Assembly: GCF_025612915.1 (NCBI RefSeq)
Contig: NC_069114.1
Coordinates: forward strand, 49,578,639-49,642,638
DNA from: Crassostrea angulata
Lineage: Eukaryota
Direction of reading: 5' to 3'
Length of the DNA: 64,000 bases
Under the pieces are notes generated by a model. The model worked only from the letters and a program-made list of their open reading frames with translations. It was not told the origin of the DNA and did not search any database. The translations under genes were made by a program, and so were the position numbers. Position 1 is the first letter of the stretch; every line of letters begins with the position of its first letter. Shown one piece after another: positions 40,852-54,070 of this stretch.

Positions 40852-40963
40852 TCCTGGTAGCAGAGATCATACACTATAAGTTCCCTACACTGGTGGAACT
40901 CCACAACTACTCCCCAGCCAGTGCAACAGATAAAAAGTTGCTGAACTGGGCAGTTCTCAACAG
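40852..40963 (+). CDS. SPEF1: SPEF1-like B exon 2b (VLVAEIIHYKFPTLVELHNYSPASATDKKLLNWAVLNR), tandem duplicate, presumably mutually exclusive with 2a
   Basis: gttttcag acceptor, AG|gtaaag donor; identical length/phase to 2a. Confidence 0.7.
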
Positions 40964-42183
40964 GTAAAGCCCCAATTTGTATCAGACAGGTCAAACAACA
41001 TTGATTTCCTAACGTAATTTCTTTTTTTTCTTTATTTGTTTTTTGGCTTTACAAATCAAACTTATTATTTTAAACTTATGCCATATGTGTTTAGCATCAT
41101 CATTTAATGGTATTTGTAGTTGATAATTGCATGTGCTAGACTATATTTAGGTAAAGGTGAATTGTAAAGATGATTGAATGCCTATAATCTTACATAAATA
41201 GCTGTTCGACATACTGTACTATATATAACTGTGTAGAAGTTTGGAAGCAGGTTAGTCAAAATAAACTTTTAATTCTTCTTAAGGTCAGAATGATATTAGT
41301 ATATAGAGTACATGTATTAAGCCTAGTTAATTACTGTCACAAAAGTAAAGAAAAGAAAATGAATAACGATAGTTTTATAATTCCTTACCTTAAACAGCTG
41401 TTAATAAATGTAAACTTTCAAAATTTCAAAATTATAAATTATAAACGAGTATGAACTTATAAATAGATATAAACATGTATATTCTTTAAAGAGTCATTTT
41501 CAGCAGCTGAAGGGACATCTTCTTGATGTCTACTTTTTCTGATAACATGTCACTTGTCATTCTGCTCTTTGATTTATTTCTCTGACTCATAACCCAGAAC
41601 TTATAAACGGACACGTCACGCTTGATTCTGCAACATTTTCAATTTTCCTAATTCACATTTTTATGACTGTCCAGCTTAATTAAGTATGAAGTGTAGACTA
41701 TGATGACTATATATAATGATAATCCATGTAATAACTATTTTTCTGAAATTAAATAAAAAGACTAAAATTTACAATATGTTCATTCATTAACTTACCTGAG
41801 CATTTACTGGTAACTCTTTGATAACTATTCTATCATCTTTTATGATAATGCATATAAAGGTATAACTCTTTACGTGTTATTTATCGTTTAGGTCAGTTAA
41901 AGTCTGTTTATTTACTCAGTCAATATAATAAGTATCTGTCAAATGTAAACTTCACCTGTAGGCTTATTAATTAAAATTAATAAATTGTTTTATAAATTAT
42001 CTTTATTGATAATATCACATCAAAGAAAAGTAAAATGCAGGGTCAAAAAGTTGGGTTAAATTTAATTAACAATGTGCTGAATACTGTATAAATGTATTTA
42101 TAATTTAAAGTAGAATGGAATCATATCATATGATATACAATTTCATATATCTTAACAATCTTTTATAATTCAATCTGGATCAG

Positions 42184-42401
42184 AAAAGTGCTGAGCAAGC
42201 TGAATTTTAGCCTCTCTGATGAGGTGATTCGTGAGGTGATCGCCGCCAAGCCCGGCGTGATCGAGAAGGTTCTTCTGATGCTGCGTCTGAAGCTAGAGCG
42301 GGCTGAATGGGAGCTGACCAAACAACCCCAGCACGTCAAACACAAAGGGAAAGGGGGGCGCCGCACCGAGAGTGACAAACCCGAGGCCGATCAGTACATG
42401 G
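42184..42401 (+). CDS. SPEF1: SPEF1-like B exon 3 (KVLSKLNFSLSDEVIREVIAAKPGVIEKVLLMLRLKLERAEWELTKQPQHVKHKGKGGRRTESDKPEADQYM)
   Basis: tggatcag acceptor, G|gtaggt donor. Confidence 0.8.
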
Positions 42402-42732
42402 GTAGGTATATAAAGGGGGAGGGGGGGGTTACCCTAGGGTAAGTTAAGTGGTGGGAGAATACAGATACAGGATAGAAATAAATCACAGAGAAAGATTTTA
42501 ATCAAATTGTTATACAGAATTTGATCATTAATGAAATGAAGGTTATGACATTTGAATGGCATTTACCGGTATCTATTTATAAATAATAAGATGCTCTATG
42601 TTTAATTTTGTTGAATTGCTCAGGAATAATGTTTGACTTTGGAAAGTAGAGCTGTTTTAAACAATTTGAGCATAAAAGAGCAAGTATAAAAGAGCAGAGT
42701 ACAACTGTTTCTAAACCTGTCATTCCTTGCAG

Positions 42733-42790
42733 CAACACCTGGCCGAGGGCATGCTGGAAAGATTAAGTCTCACAGTCCCACCAGAGGAGG
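42733..42790 (+). CDS. SPEF1: SPEF1-like B exon 4 (ATPGRGHAGKIKSHSPTRG)
   Basis: ccttgcag acceptor, GG|gtaagg donor; phase consistent. Confidence 0.6.
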
Positions 42791-44991
42791 GTAAGGTCAT
42801 CATGTCTATCTCCCCACCTATACTACCCTGACAAACCCTGACACCTGCAGTTATAGTACCTGTATTCATTAGTACCTGTGTCCATTACTGTCCGCAAGTT
42901 GTGTCGCATCGTTAAAGTTTTGTGCATGTACAAATATCTACTTATTATCATCATACAGTTTTCTTGGATTTTAAAAACTGATGAGACTGAAGAATCAAGG
43001 CAGTTTTTATTATTTAATTGATTTATATTAGGTTTAAATTTAGTGAGATGAAATATGAATTTTTCTAATTTATTAGATTTCAGGGGATGTCCCATTATTA
43101 CCCTGGGCTATATGAACCATCCAAGTTTTCTCAATGGTCTCTTGCAAAATATTAGTAAAAAGTGCATGAGTCTGCTTATAATTAACGTTATTAAAAATAC
43201 TGTATACAGGGTTATTGTTGCCCATGTTATTTTCACCCTAGCTTCTACACATGCAAACAGATTCACCCCATCTTGAAATCGCCATGCAGATGCATTTGTA
43301 TTAAAAGAGATATGAGAAATTAGAATTCGCCCACTGATTATGAGGGAGAAAGGGGTGAAAATAAAATGGGGGCAAATATTTCCCTGTATACAGTATTCAT
43401 CAGGAGCTATGCTAATTAGAACATGTTTTGAGTAATTAACAAACCAATAAAACATAAAAAATGAGGATATTTTGTTACAGAAACATTATTACAATAAAAT
43501 ACAGATGTACAATAAAATGACACCTAAATATACACGTAATATGATACTGCATTTATTCTTTGAATTTTGTAAGACCTTTACCATATTAATCAAGTTATGC
43601 TTATTTTAGTATTCTATTTTCTGTTTTTTCTTCAATAATTAGTTAAACTATTTAGATCAAAATCCAGGAAGCAGAATCAACAATTCCCCTCAACTTGTGA
43701 AAATAAATGCCCAGAGTTTAATGTGTGTAAAATATAATTTTAGATTTTAAAACAATAATCTTTTTTTTGTACCATAGTTGATTTTAATTTAGTAGTACAA
43801 TGTACATAATACCAGGTAAATGGAATTTAGATCATACTAACTAATTAAGTCTTGCCACCCCAATATTAGGGCTAGGTTAGAATCTATTCTAATTGCATTC
43901 CAATTGACAGTTTTAACTGCAGTCATATATTTAGATAAAGAGTTCAAAAATCTTATGAGTTTCAAGGAACAAATTGTGGCAGCGTTATATTCAAAAGATT
44001 TGGTGATTTTCAGGAACTCAATGCCAAATGCTGATTACAAAGAAGTAGTCACATTAGAATCATTGGCCAGGTATCAGACAGGGAGAGTCGCTAAGTCTTT
44101 AGTTCTCTTTAGTATCCTTTCAACTATGCATGTCTATATTCTTTCTACAATTTCCTTGAGTTTTCACTGAAAAAGGAGAGATGGAAATCCTCGGATTTAA
44201 TTCATTTTCTTTATTTACCTTTCTTTGCTTCATTTGGGAACAAGAGATGATATATCAGCCACACAATCTTCTTTTCTATACACTGGCTATTTCTAAATAT
44301 CTAACTGCAGAAACGTAGGTCCACAGGAAATCAGGGTTTCTGAATTCCCAGTGGAGCTACAGTTCTGTAGCTAGAAAATATTGTTATCCCTTTTTTTTTT
44401 CATTTATAATATTGATTTGATATCAGTTTTACAAAAGTGGTATATTGTAAGTGAAAATGAAATATGCTCTATGCTGCAGCACTATCTAACACTACAAACA
44501 TTTTAATTAAACTTGTATTGCACTGGGTGCAAGGATTCTGCAGTGTCATTCTGTGGATCAGGAGTTTTGTTTGGGGAACTTTAAAGTGATTTTTTTTACA
44601 AGGAAGAGGGAATCAAAAGTCTTACTTAATCAGCTATCTACATTTGTACAGATATTTATTGATTAACTGATTAATGAACTGCAAATTAATTAACTTCATT
44701 AATATGATTATTTGATGTATTTAGCAGCATGAGTAAAGTTGTATATTTTTACTGCATGCATGCTTATCATACATAATCATAGTTTATGTTTTTGTCAAAA
44801 AAACTTTTCAAAAGGAAAAATCTGATTTCTTGAATTTTTTTGAAATAGTATGGAATTAAATCCTCTAGAAATTTGGTGAACTTTTAATGTTTAACAGTTG
44901 TGAATGAATTGATAATTGTTGTACTGAGAATCTTAAAATTTACTTTTAAATTTGCTGCAAGTAAATTGATTACTGTCATTAATCAATACAG

Positions 44992-45121
44992 GCCAGATTA
45001 CTTCCCGGATCAATCCAGACATAAAGGTCCGGGCGCCAGTAAAATCGATGGGGACCACGTCTCCAGACTCTTGTTTGAGGAAAAAGTCCAGGAAAGTTTG
45101 TCCAAGGATGAGACGATAAAG
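44992..45121 (+). CDS. SPEF1: SPEF1-like B exon 5 (PDYFPDQSRHKGPGASKIDGDHVSRLLFEEKVQESLSKDETIK)
   Basis: aatacag acceptor, AAG|gtactg donor. Confidence 0.75.
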
Positions 45122-45352
45122 GTACTGAGTGATACATTGTTTACAAGAATCTGAATTGATTTTTATAAAGTGTGTGTTTTATGTTTCCTTAGAGTTGAAG
45201 CATCATTGTAATCTCATATTTCTTAAAACATCCCACATGCATTTATGAAGAGCTGATTTCAAATATCTCAGTTGAGAAACGTACTAGCTGTTTTGATTTT
45301 TTAGCAATGCACAAACTATTAAAGTTTCGTAAACTTTGATGTTTTATTTCAG

Positions 45353-45472
45353 ATCCTACAGGCCAAGATCAATCGCATGGAGCACTTGATTCATCTGAAA
45401 GATGTCCGGATTGATGATTTACAGAACAGAGTAGAAACCATGCGACCCACAGGAAACCTGGTCCGGCGATAA
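45353..45472 (+). CDS. SPEF1: SPEF1-like B terminal exon (ILQAKINRMEHLIHLKDVRIDDLQNRVETMRPTGNLVRR*)
   Basis: ttatttcag acceptor; stop TAA 45470-45472. Confidence 0.8.
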   Translation: MLQAKINRMEHLIHLKDVRIDDLQNRVETMRPTGNLVRR

Positions 45473-46538
45473 AGATCTGTTAAATTACGAAACAGAAAAC
45501 CAAACACACACACCCACACAAACTTGTAAATATCCATGTATTTAATGCTTCCCATTTTATCGACCATTCAAAGTAAGATCAACCGTCAATGTTTGTATCC
45601 ATTTTTAGCCAGAATGTTGCTATTTTGGACCCTATATATATTTATACCATGCATTTATCTATTGGAGTGGCTGAATCACATTCTGGATACACTGAATCTA
45701 TTGAAATATATGTCCCCTGTAGACCAGTATATCACATGCACTGCCTGTCATTGCTAAATGTTGTTATTTGATAATTATGCCGAGAACTTTGATACAAATT
45801 TGTTCTGACTATACTATAGTACCCTCTACGTTTCTGAAATCCCCATTTGATTGTAGAAATACCAAAGACTGTCTGTAGATGTACGTATATTTGTATTGTC
45901 TTAATTTAATATCACTACTGGTTCCAGGGAACGATTCATGTACTATTTATATGTATATTACATAGCTGTACCTTATTTATTTATATCACTTCATACTGTA
46001 CAAGGTATTATATATTTTATTGTTCATGAGAAAATAAATATTGTAAAAGGAAGAATTGAGTATTTAAGAAAAACAGCACTAGACAGAGAGTAAAATTGGT
46101 TTCAAGCTGTTTATCACTACAGAAATGTTCAGTGGGTGAATTTTTCCTTATATGGCACACAGTAAAACAAAAAATTTACGTTTTAAGCAGTCAGTAAAAA
46201 TCCTGTTTCGGTTGACTGGAGTGAAACAGGCAGATCAATGCAGCTCATGAGCTGTTGAGCTACTAAAAATAATAAACAGGGTATAAATGTTGATTTTATG
46301 ATAGGTGTATTCCTATTAGAATAAGATATTCAAAATCCGTGATCTCTGAGTTTGAGAAGTAGCTGCCTATTCAGAATATCTTATTTTCATAGGATATTTC
46401 TGGAGTAGGAGGGAAAGAGGATGCTTTAAAATATTTCATGCCACAAAATGTTATAACATTTAAACAATAAAATGCTTTCTTTGGCAACAAATAGAAATAC
46501 ATAAGCCACGTTCTCACCTATTACATGTATTACATATA

Positions 46539-46934
46539 CAGTAAAACTCCTAAGTAAGTCCTAGGGACCAATAGATTTACTTCGATATATCCGTAATTCG
46601 TTATATCCGTATAATGAATTCATAATAATAACTATAGTGAATTCACTAAATACATGTTTTCTTTCACCAGACTATAATTTTTGCTGATTGAGGCTTAAAA
46701 TTAAAAAATCATATTAATTTGATACCTTTAACATAGGCGTCGGAAGCAAATTGAAAGTGGGGGGGCTAGACTAATACTCAGAAATATTGAGAAAAAAGTA
46801 ATTCCCAAAATCATGGAAATCCTAATCCGTGGGGGGGGGGGGGGGGGGGGGGGGGGGGAATGTATACCTATACTTCCAAAAAAAAATTACTTACCCAATT
46901 TTTTTTTCTCCAAAATCATAAAATTCCTAATCCG

Positions 46935-46965
<31 letters not shown>

Positions 46966-47449
46966 TAGTATGCTTCTGAATCTAACCTCTCAATCTTTCA
47001 AGGTAAATTTAGGAACAATAATCTTTTCTGCGAGAAAAAGTGGGGGGGCTGAACCCTCTATCATGCTATGTTTCTAATGGTTAGGTATAACTTTGCAAAA
47101 AAAAGTGGGGGGGCTAAGCCCCCCCTAGCCCCCCCGGTTCCGACGCCTATGTTTAATAATCGGATTGTGAGTTGATATTAAAATAAATTCATTCAAACTG
47201 TTATGCTAAATGGTAGTGCAATCTTTTTTAACTGTAAAGAAATTCGCTATAAAATTGTTAGATGTCGTTATTATTTACCTCTACGGGGCTCAAAATCAGT
47301 TCGATATATCCGTAAATTCGTTATATCCGAATTCGTTATAACCGTAAAATTTTGCGAAGATTTGTTAAGAATTTGACCGGGGACTCTAAACAACTTCGCT
47401 GTTTCCGAGAATTCGCAACATCCGTGTTTGTACTAAACAAATTTTACTG
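46539..47449. mobile_element. Putative non-autonomous Tc1/mariner-like element (TA|CAGTAAAA....TTTTACTG|TA) hosting MITE copy 2
   Basis: TA flanks + CAGT termini with 8-bp perfect TIR; subterminal direct repeats cgatatatccgtaa(a)ttcgttatatccg at 46588 and 47304. Confidence 0.3.
46732..47150. mobile_element. MITE copy 2 (419 bp), same family, TSD TTTAA; nested inside a Tc1-like element
   Basis: TIR CATAGGCGTCGGAAGC ... GGTTCCGACGCCTATG; flanks TTTAA both sides; two ~32-nt poly-G tracts. Confidence 0.75.
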
Positions 47450-50400
47450 TACTACACAAGGTGTTTTGTTGGGGAGGGTGCATATTTTTTATGTTATGAT
47501 AGCATGAAATTAAAAGAAATAAGAATTGCATAAAAGTAGTAAGCAGCCTAAAGTTGGCAGCTTACGATTGTCTGTCATATTGTGGAATTCCATAATTATC
47601 ACATTATTTTTTTTTAATTCGAATATTTATAGCGGTTTGACTGACAGCGGTAAATGTCGGTTGCTAAACGCTTACCGATTACTGTCAATTGCTAAACGCT
47701 TACTTAAAATATTGGCAACTGACACTTACCAGAAACCTAATCTGGGGGGGGGGGCAGTACATTGTATTTATAATTTTAATTTCTCTCTTATTTCCTTGAT
47801 TTCACTCCCATATTTTTTTACATCTCCCAAAAAAGTGAAGGGGTGGTCCTTGATAATTCTATTTTTAGACGTAAATTTGAGAAACAGTTCGGGGGGGGGG
47901 GGGGGGGTGCTTAACGCTAACTGATTATACTGTCAATTATACAACAATCCATTGCTCATTATCACTCCGTACTAAAGCTTAGTCACCTCAAGAATTATCT
48001 ACTGTTGAGGGGATCACGACAATTCACGGTAGCTAGATTTTCACTGAACTGTTTACACCCCCACCCCCACCGCTAAAAAAGTAAATATGCATATGGAGTT
48101 ATCGCAGATAAGTAAATTACAAGATGAAGAGTTCATTAAAGCATTAACACAGCTCTTTTTAGCTTGGACCATACATTTTCAACGGTTTTAAGGAAATAAA
48201 GAATCGTCTTTGAGTATTATATGAGATGATATTTTCGGTGAGGCGTGATCAAATGAAGTAAAGCCCGATCACGCCGATATAAGTAATGCTTAGCCCAGTC
48301 ACCCATCCAACACTTGCACATATACCCGGTATATAATTTATGTGCACAGTTCTGGTTATAAAAAAACAGGCAACACAAAATGAAGACAATTAACATTACA
48401 CCGATATCTTTTTAGTTGCCTTGTTTATAGCTTTTTGTGCCTTTTTAGCATCTTCCTCAGTTTTTAAGTGAAAATGCACCTCTCACATGATACTTGATTT
48501 TAAAATACATTCTAAGCTTTTAAAAAAAAACTTGTTTTTACCGAAATATGTGACGTATTTTAAACCCCAAAAAATAAAAATTGGCTGAAAACGAGTTATA
48601 AAAAAAGGTAAATAAGACTTATTTTGGATATTCTTGTAAAAAAACAAAAAAGGAGAAGATAGTTAAGACATGAATTTTTGCTGTTATTGGGGGTTTTTTT
48701 ATATTACAAATGATGGCTGTCTAACTAATTATTTCAAGAGAAAAAAAGATCATTCTAACCAAAAAATTGTTGAGTATAGGGACCCGCCTTAAAGTTAAAT
48801 GACAGTTGCCGCTGTTATCCAGGCCCATCATAAAAATAATTTAACATGTACATATTTCACATTGCGTCACCTGACTCTCCAAAAACATGTCAGAGTGAAC
48901 CAGTATTGTGAAAATCAAGGGAAAAACTTGAAATTACCTCCCTTGCATGTATTCAAAATTACAGAATAAATTCAGATTAATTGTATTTGGACATCAAACC
49001 AAAATTTATTCTTTAAGCACAATATTTAAACATCACATTATAAAAGTAATTTAGATGAACCAGATAGATATATGACAAGTTGGTCGAAAAAAGTTATCTT
49101 TGAATCTTACAAAGCCCAAAATGCCTTTTTGTAATAGCTATAGAATAGTGAAATTCCATGACGCACGTCATACGACGACGAACGAAGACCGATAGCAATC
49201 TTTTGCACTTGACGGTGCACCTGAGTATTATAGCTATCTAAGAAATTTTGATGCCCTCAATGAGGGTAATTGTAATTAAATCCATAGATATTAAAGTAAA
49301 AGGACACGTGAAATGATTCCATGTCACTTTCAATATACAGGCAGACATGAAGTAAATTAGTGAAATGTATGCATTGTATAAAACTGTCTTGTTATAATTT
49401 TCTTTTGTCTGTCATTTGATTTCATTTTGACTGTATAACATAGTGATGTCAATAAACCATTCCATTGAATTGAATAATTGAAATCCATTCTTATGTTGCA
49501 ATTTATCTATGTATTAACATGTAGCCTATACAACACACTTGTGATAAAGTAGCTATAGCTAGGGGTGTCAAACATTCAATATACAGTATTATCATTTGCC
49601 AAGCAAATAGTTTTGGTGAGCCATCACCTAAATATCAAGCAATATTGTAAGCTTGATTTTTGGCTATGTGTCTTTACATTTTAAAATATTATAAAATTAA
49701 GAGCACTTAATTAATTAAGGAGTACTATCTTCTATAAAATGTTGTTTGAAAATTAACTGACCAAGCTTTGCCTTCCTGCTATTCAATATATGGTCTCCAA
49801 AATCATATCCATACAACGTACTTTCTCCATTTTTTTAATACTTTATCAAAACAGGGACGTATATACATTTACAACTAGTACGAATACAAATTAAGCTCAT
49901 ATCACAAGTGATATTTGATTTCCATTTAGAATTGTAATAACACCTGTTTGGTGATGATAATTAACCCTGGCACCTTGTGGAAAATATTTCAATGTACGGT
50001 AATACAATCTTCTTGAAATTTTCAATTTAGTAAAAACATATTTCAATCTGACAAAACAGCTTCACTCCTGTGAAGATTTATCCTACAACAGCTGTACAAA
50101 GAGGCAACAGAAGTTTAATATGCTTCATCCAAACCTTTATAGGCGGTTGGGGCCATGGTCATCAAATTACCAATCAGGTATACATCAACATTTTATGAAT
50201 AGCCAATAGTATTTTGGCCATAAACTATAGCTTTTGAATTTGAATAGTTTTGTGTATTTTATATCTTTATCAGTTTATAGAGAGCTTAATTTTCATCTCC
50301 AAGGAGATTATTGGTCTAAAAATGGCCAATACCATGATGATCCAACTCTTTTAAATGGCCATATATACAAATACAAATATTTTATTGGCACAAACACAAT

Positions 50401-50459
50401 TACAATAATTGGCAAAGGCCCAATGAATATATAAGAACATCATTGTATGTTTACAATAG

Positions 50460-53400
50460 TTTCATGTACAGTATATATATTTTTACTGATCTATATAGAT
50501 CAGTTTAACATTTCCTTAGACTAATTGACATCTGTGTTCAAAGCAGTCATTAATGAATTTAACAGTAATATTTAAGATAGTATGTATTTCACTATTTAAA
50601 CATACATGTAAAATGTATCTTTCTTTGTCCAAGTTATTGGCAATATTTATTTTACTTATCTTATAAAAATTACTAAAATAGCTGTTCCTTAGATTAGAAT
50701 AGGCTTTACATTGAAAAAGAAAATGAATTTCATCTTCAATTGCACCAGTTTTACAAGCATTACAATATCTTTCATTCCTAATTGTGGCATTATATCTACC
50801 ACTTTCTATTGCAAGTTTATGTGCACTTAATCTTATTCTACTAATAGAGGATCTCTCAGATCTTTTCCTGAGTATATCAACATAAGGACTTCTTTTTCTC
50901 ATATATAATTTTTGAAAAAATGAAAGTTTTTCTGAACTAAAAATTTTTGATGATTGCTCTTGGATACATTGGTCAATGATTCTTTGCTTTATGTTTGGTA
51001 AAAAGTGTTGGATTGTGCTTTTATAATTACTAATGTTTGAGAATCCCAAATTGTCTAGGATGCCATAAATTTTCATAGTCCAGGAATTGGAATTGATCGT
51101 TCCCTGATATAATTTAAATGCCAAAGAATTAGATGTTATCAAGTGATTCCAATATTTAATGCTTGAGAATGAGATTTTAGACCAAAGTGGTAACCTGTTT
51201 AATTCTGCCAAACAACCAGCATTAGATGCTTTGCAATGTAATCCAAGTATATCTTTAAGAAATTTTACATGAAATTTTTCGATAACTGAAATATCTTTCA
51301 ATGAGAGATCCACTCCCCATATTTCACAACAATAAAGAAGTACAGGAAGTACAATAGAATCAAAAAGTTTTTCTAAGAGCTTACATGGATTATCAATACC
51401 AATTATTTTTTTCATTTTAAAATATGCTTTTCTGGCCTTTTCAACAAGCACAGCTGTTGCTAAATTAAACTTCCCATTACTTTTCAATACAATACCCAAA
51501 TAACAGTATTTTGATACAACTTGCATAGTATTTCCATTGAAAGTGAAATTGATGCTTTGATGTTTACTATTTGAGTTAAAAACCATGATTTTAGATTTAT
51601 CAACATTGACTTGTAATTTCCAATTTGAACAATAGTTGTAAAGAATATCTAAACTAGTTTGTAAACCACTTTTGCTCTCTGATAAAATAACAATATCATC
51701 AGCATAAAGCAGACAGTTTACATTGAGATTATTTACATGTACAGGTTCACATTTTACATTTTGTTTCAAGTCACTGACAATACCATCAATAAATATATTG
51801 AAAAGTGTAGGGCTAAGAACATCCCCTTGTTTGACACCACATTCAGAGTTAAATATTTTACCTAACCCATCAGAAAATTTTATCCTACTGGTTGTGTTGC
51901 TGTACATGGAAAAAAGAATATTAAATAATTTTTGAGAAATATTAGAGTTAAGGAGCTTATAAAATAAACCTTCTCTCCATACAGTGTCAAATGCTTTTCT
52001 AAGGTCAATGAAAGCAGCATATACTTTTTTACTTTTATAATGGTCAATGATAGTTTTTATAGAGAACAAGTGGTCCGATGTTCTACAGTTTTCTTTGAAG
52101 CCAATTTGATTTTCACTTATAAGTGACATGGACTTTACAAATTCAAGTAACCTAGTATGTATTATTCTATTGAAAAGTTTTCCAAGATTTGAGGTAATTG
52201 ATATACCTCTGTAATTGCTAGGGTCAAGCCTATTTCCAGATTTATATAACAAAACTAAATAACTCTCATTCCAGCTTTGAGGAAATGTACCAGAATTTAG
52301 TATAAAATTAAACAATTTTCCCAAGGAATTTAACATTAAATAACCTCCATGTTTTAACATCTCATTTGCTATCATATCTGTAGATGAGCTTTTCCCATTT
52401 TTCAGAGATTTTAAGGCAGTTTTAATTTCATTTATGGTGATTTCTGGTTCAAGGAAATTGCTATGGTGTAGTTTATTTTTCATAGCATGAAATTTTTTTA
52501 ATATATCTTTATGAAACTCACTAAGATTGTTGTCAGCTTTATTGAGGTTTGTAAAAAATTGGTAAAATTCTTCAGAATTAACTTCATGAGACGAAACCTG
52601 TCTTGTGGTAGATTTATCCAGTTTGTTCAATAATTCCCAAAATGATTTAGGATTATTGTTAATATTTTTGTAAATATCATTACAAATTGTGTTTCTATAA
52701 TTTTGTTCCTCAAATTTACAGTCTTCTGTATTTTGCTTTATATGTATAAAACATTTTCCTGTATTCACCATTGAATGGGTGTTTGTTTACAAGTTTCTCA
52801 TAATTTTTAACTGTATTCCTAAGATCAGAGCATGACTGTGAGAACCATGGTTTTTTCCTTGTTTTATGTTTGCCTCTTGATGTTTTCATAATAAATTTGG
52901 TTGATATTCCTGCACATTCAACAAGTATTGAGCTAAAGGCTTTTGAGATTGATTCACTATCAAGAAATTCATTATTCATAAATTCAGAAAATTTAATTTG
53001 AAATAAACTGCTTTGAATATTATTAGTGTATGATTCTATTGCATCATTGTTCCACAGAAATTTTCCGGGAATAGGTTGTAAATTATTTAATCTATCAGAG
53101 CAAGGTTCTGAGCAAAAACTGTCAAATATTGCACAACATATAGGCCGATGGTCTGAGAAGGATGTAAAATCTAAAACTTCAAAGTAACCTACTGAATTCA
53201 GAATATCCTTAGATACAAGACAATAATCAACAAGACTACAGCCGTTATATGTTATACAAGTTGGCTGACCAGTTAGGTCACCTGTTGTTCTACCATTTAA
53301 AATTCGTAAACCAGATTCCTTACAAAGGTTCAAAAGGCATTTGCCACTATTGTTAATATGTTTGTGGTCAAGATTATTTCTTGACATACTGTGGAATCAT

Positions 53401-54070
53401 TAAATTTCGTGGGGGCCAATTTTCGTGGATTGCTTAAATTTTACAGGTTCGTGGGGACGTAATTTCGTGTATTCTCTTAAAACTACAAAAGATATATGAC
53501 TTTATTCTCTAATTTATTCATTCGTGGAGGATATTAATTCATGGATGAGAGGTACCCACGAATTCCACGAAAATTGAGCCACCACGAAATCTAATGATTC
53601 CACAGTAATTCTATCTGGTTGATATAGAACATCATCAGAACTTGTGTGTTCAAAATCAAACATAACAAAATCAGGTTGGGTATTGGTGTACGCATTGAAG
53701 TCACCTTGTATGATTACATCACCATACTTACTATATTTCACAATATCACTTAGCAGAATTGAATATATGTCTTCAATGTCGTTTACATTGCCGTTAGAGT
53801 ATTTAGGAGAAATATAAACAACTCCAAGATAAATATCCCTTTGTAATCTAAAAAAACTTTTATCAAGTTTGATCCATAAAATATCTGGATGATTATTACT
53901 TACTGGTTTTATACCATTTATAATTGTTGTTTTAGCATAGATATGTATTCCGCCTGAATAACGCCTAGCTTTTTTATGTTTTTTCCTAAAACTTGAATGA
54001 ATTAATTGGTGATTAGGAAATCCATTGAATTGGTTTGTTTCACCTGTCCAGGTTTCGACTAGACTAGTTT
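50460..54070 (-). mobile_element. Degenerate non-LTR retrotransposon (LINE): APE endonuclease + reverse transcriptase + C-terminal CCHC (CNACKTGAIEDEIHFLFQC); clade not assigned
   Basis: ORFs 53514-53741 (GDFNA.. APE N-term), 52716-53387 (APE C-term) and 50516-52771 (RT motifs FIDLRKAFDTV, YADDIVIL) in different frames -> at least 2 frameshifts. Confidence 0.8.
50516..52771 (-). CDS. LINE ORF2 reverse-transcriptase segment (751 aa open)
   Basis: RT motifs as above; upstream APE fragment in another frame overlaps by 56 nt. Confidence 0.75.
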   Translation of the reverse strand: MVNTGKCFIHIKQNTEDCKFEEQNYRNTICNDIYKNINNNPKSFWELLNKLDKSTTRQVSSHEVNSEEFYQFFTNLNKADNNLSEFHKDILKKFHAMKNKLHHSNFLEPEITINEIKTALKSLKNGKSSSTDMIANEMLKHGGYLMLNSLGKLFNFILNSGTFPQSWNESYLVLLYKSGNRLDPSNYRGISITSNLGKLFNRIIHTRLLEFVKSMSLISENQIGFKENCRTSDHLFSIKTIIDHYKSKKVYAAFIDLRKAFDTVWREGLFYKLLNSNISQKLFNILFSMYSNTTSRIKFSDGLGKIFNSECGVKQGDVLSPTLFNIFIDGIVSDLKQNVKCEPVHVNNLNVNCLLYADDIVILSESKSGLQTSLDILYNYCSNWKLQVNVDKSKIMVFNSNSKHQSINFTFNGNTMQVVSKYCYLGIVLKSNGKFNLATAVLVEKARKAYFKMKKIIGIDNPCKLLEKLFDSIVLPVLLYCCEIWGVDLSLKDISVIEKFHVKFLKDILGLHCKASNAGCLAELNRLPLWSKISFSSIKYWNHLITSNSLAFKLYQGTINSNSWTMKIYGILDNLGFSNISNYKSTIQHFLPNIKQRIIDQCIQEQSSKIFSSEKLSFFQKLYMRKRSPYVDILRKRSERSSISRIRLSAHKLAIESGRYNATIRNERYCNACKTGAIEDEIHFLFQCKAYSNLRNSYFSNFYKISKINIANNLDKERYILHVCLNSEIHTILNITVKFINDCFEHRCQLV

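Noticed and set aside
5760-47910. Numerous 12-25-nt poly-G/poly-C runs scattered through the window as a biological signal in themselves
   Set aside because: Could equally be homopolymer errors of a long-read assembly; only those embedded in the MITE family have structural context.
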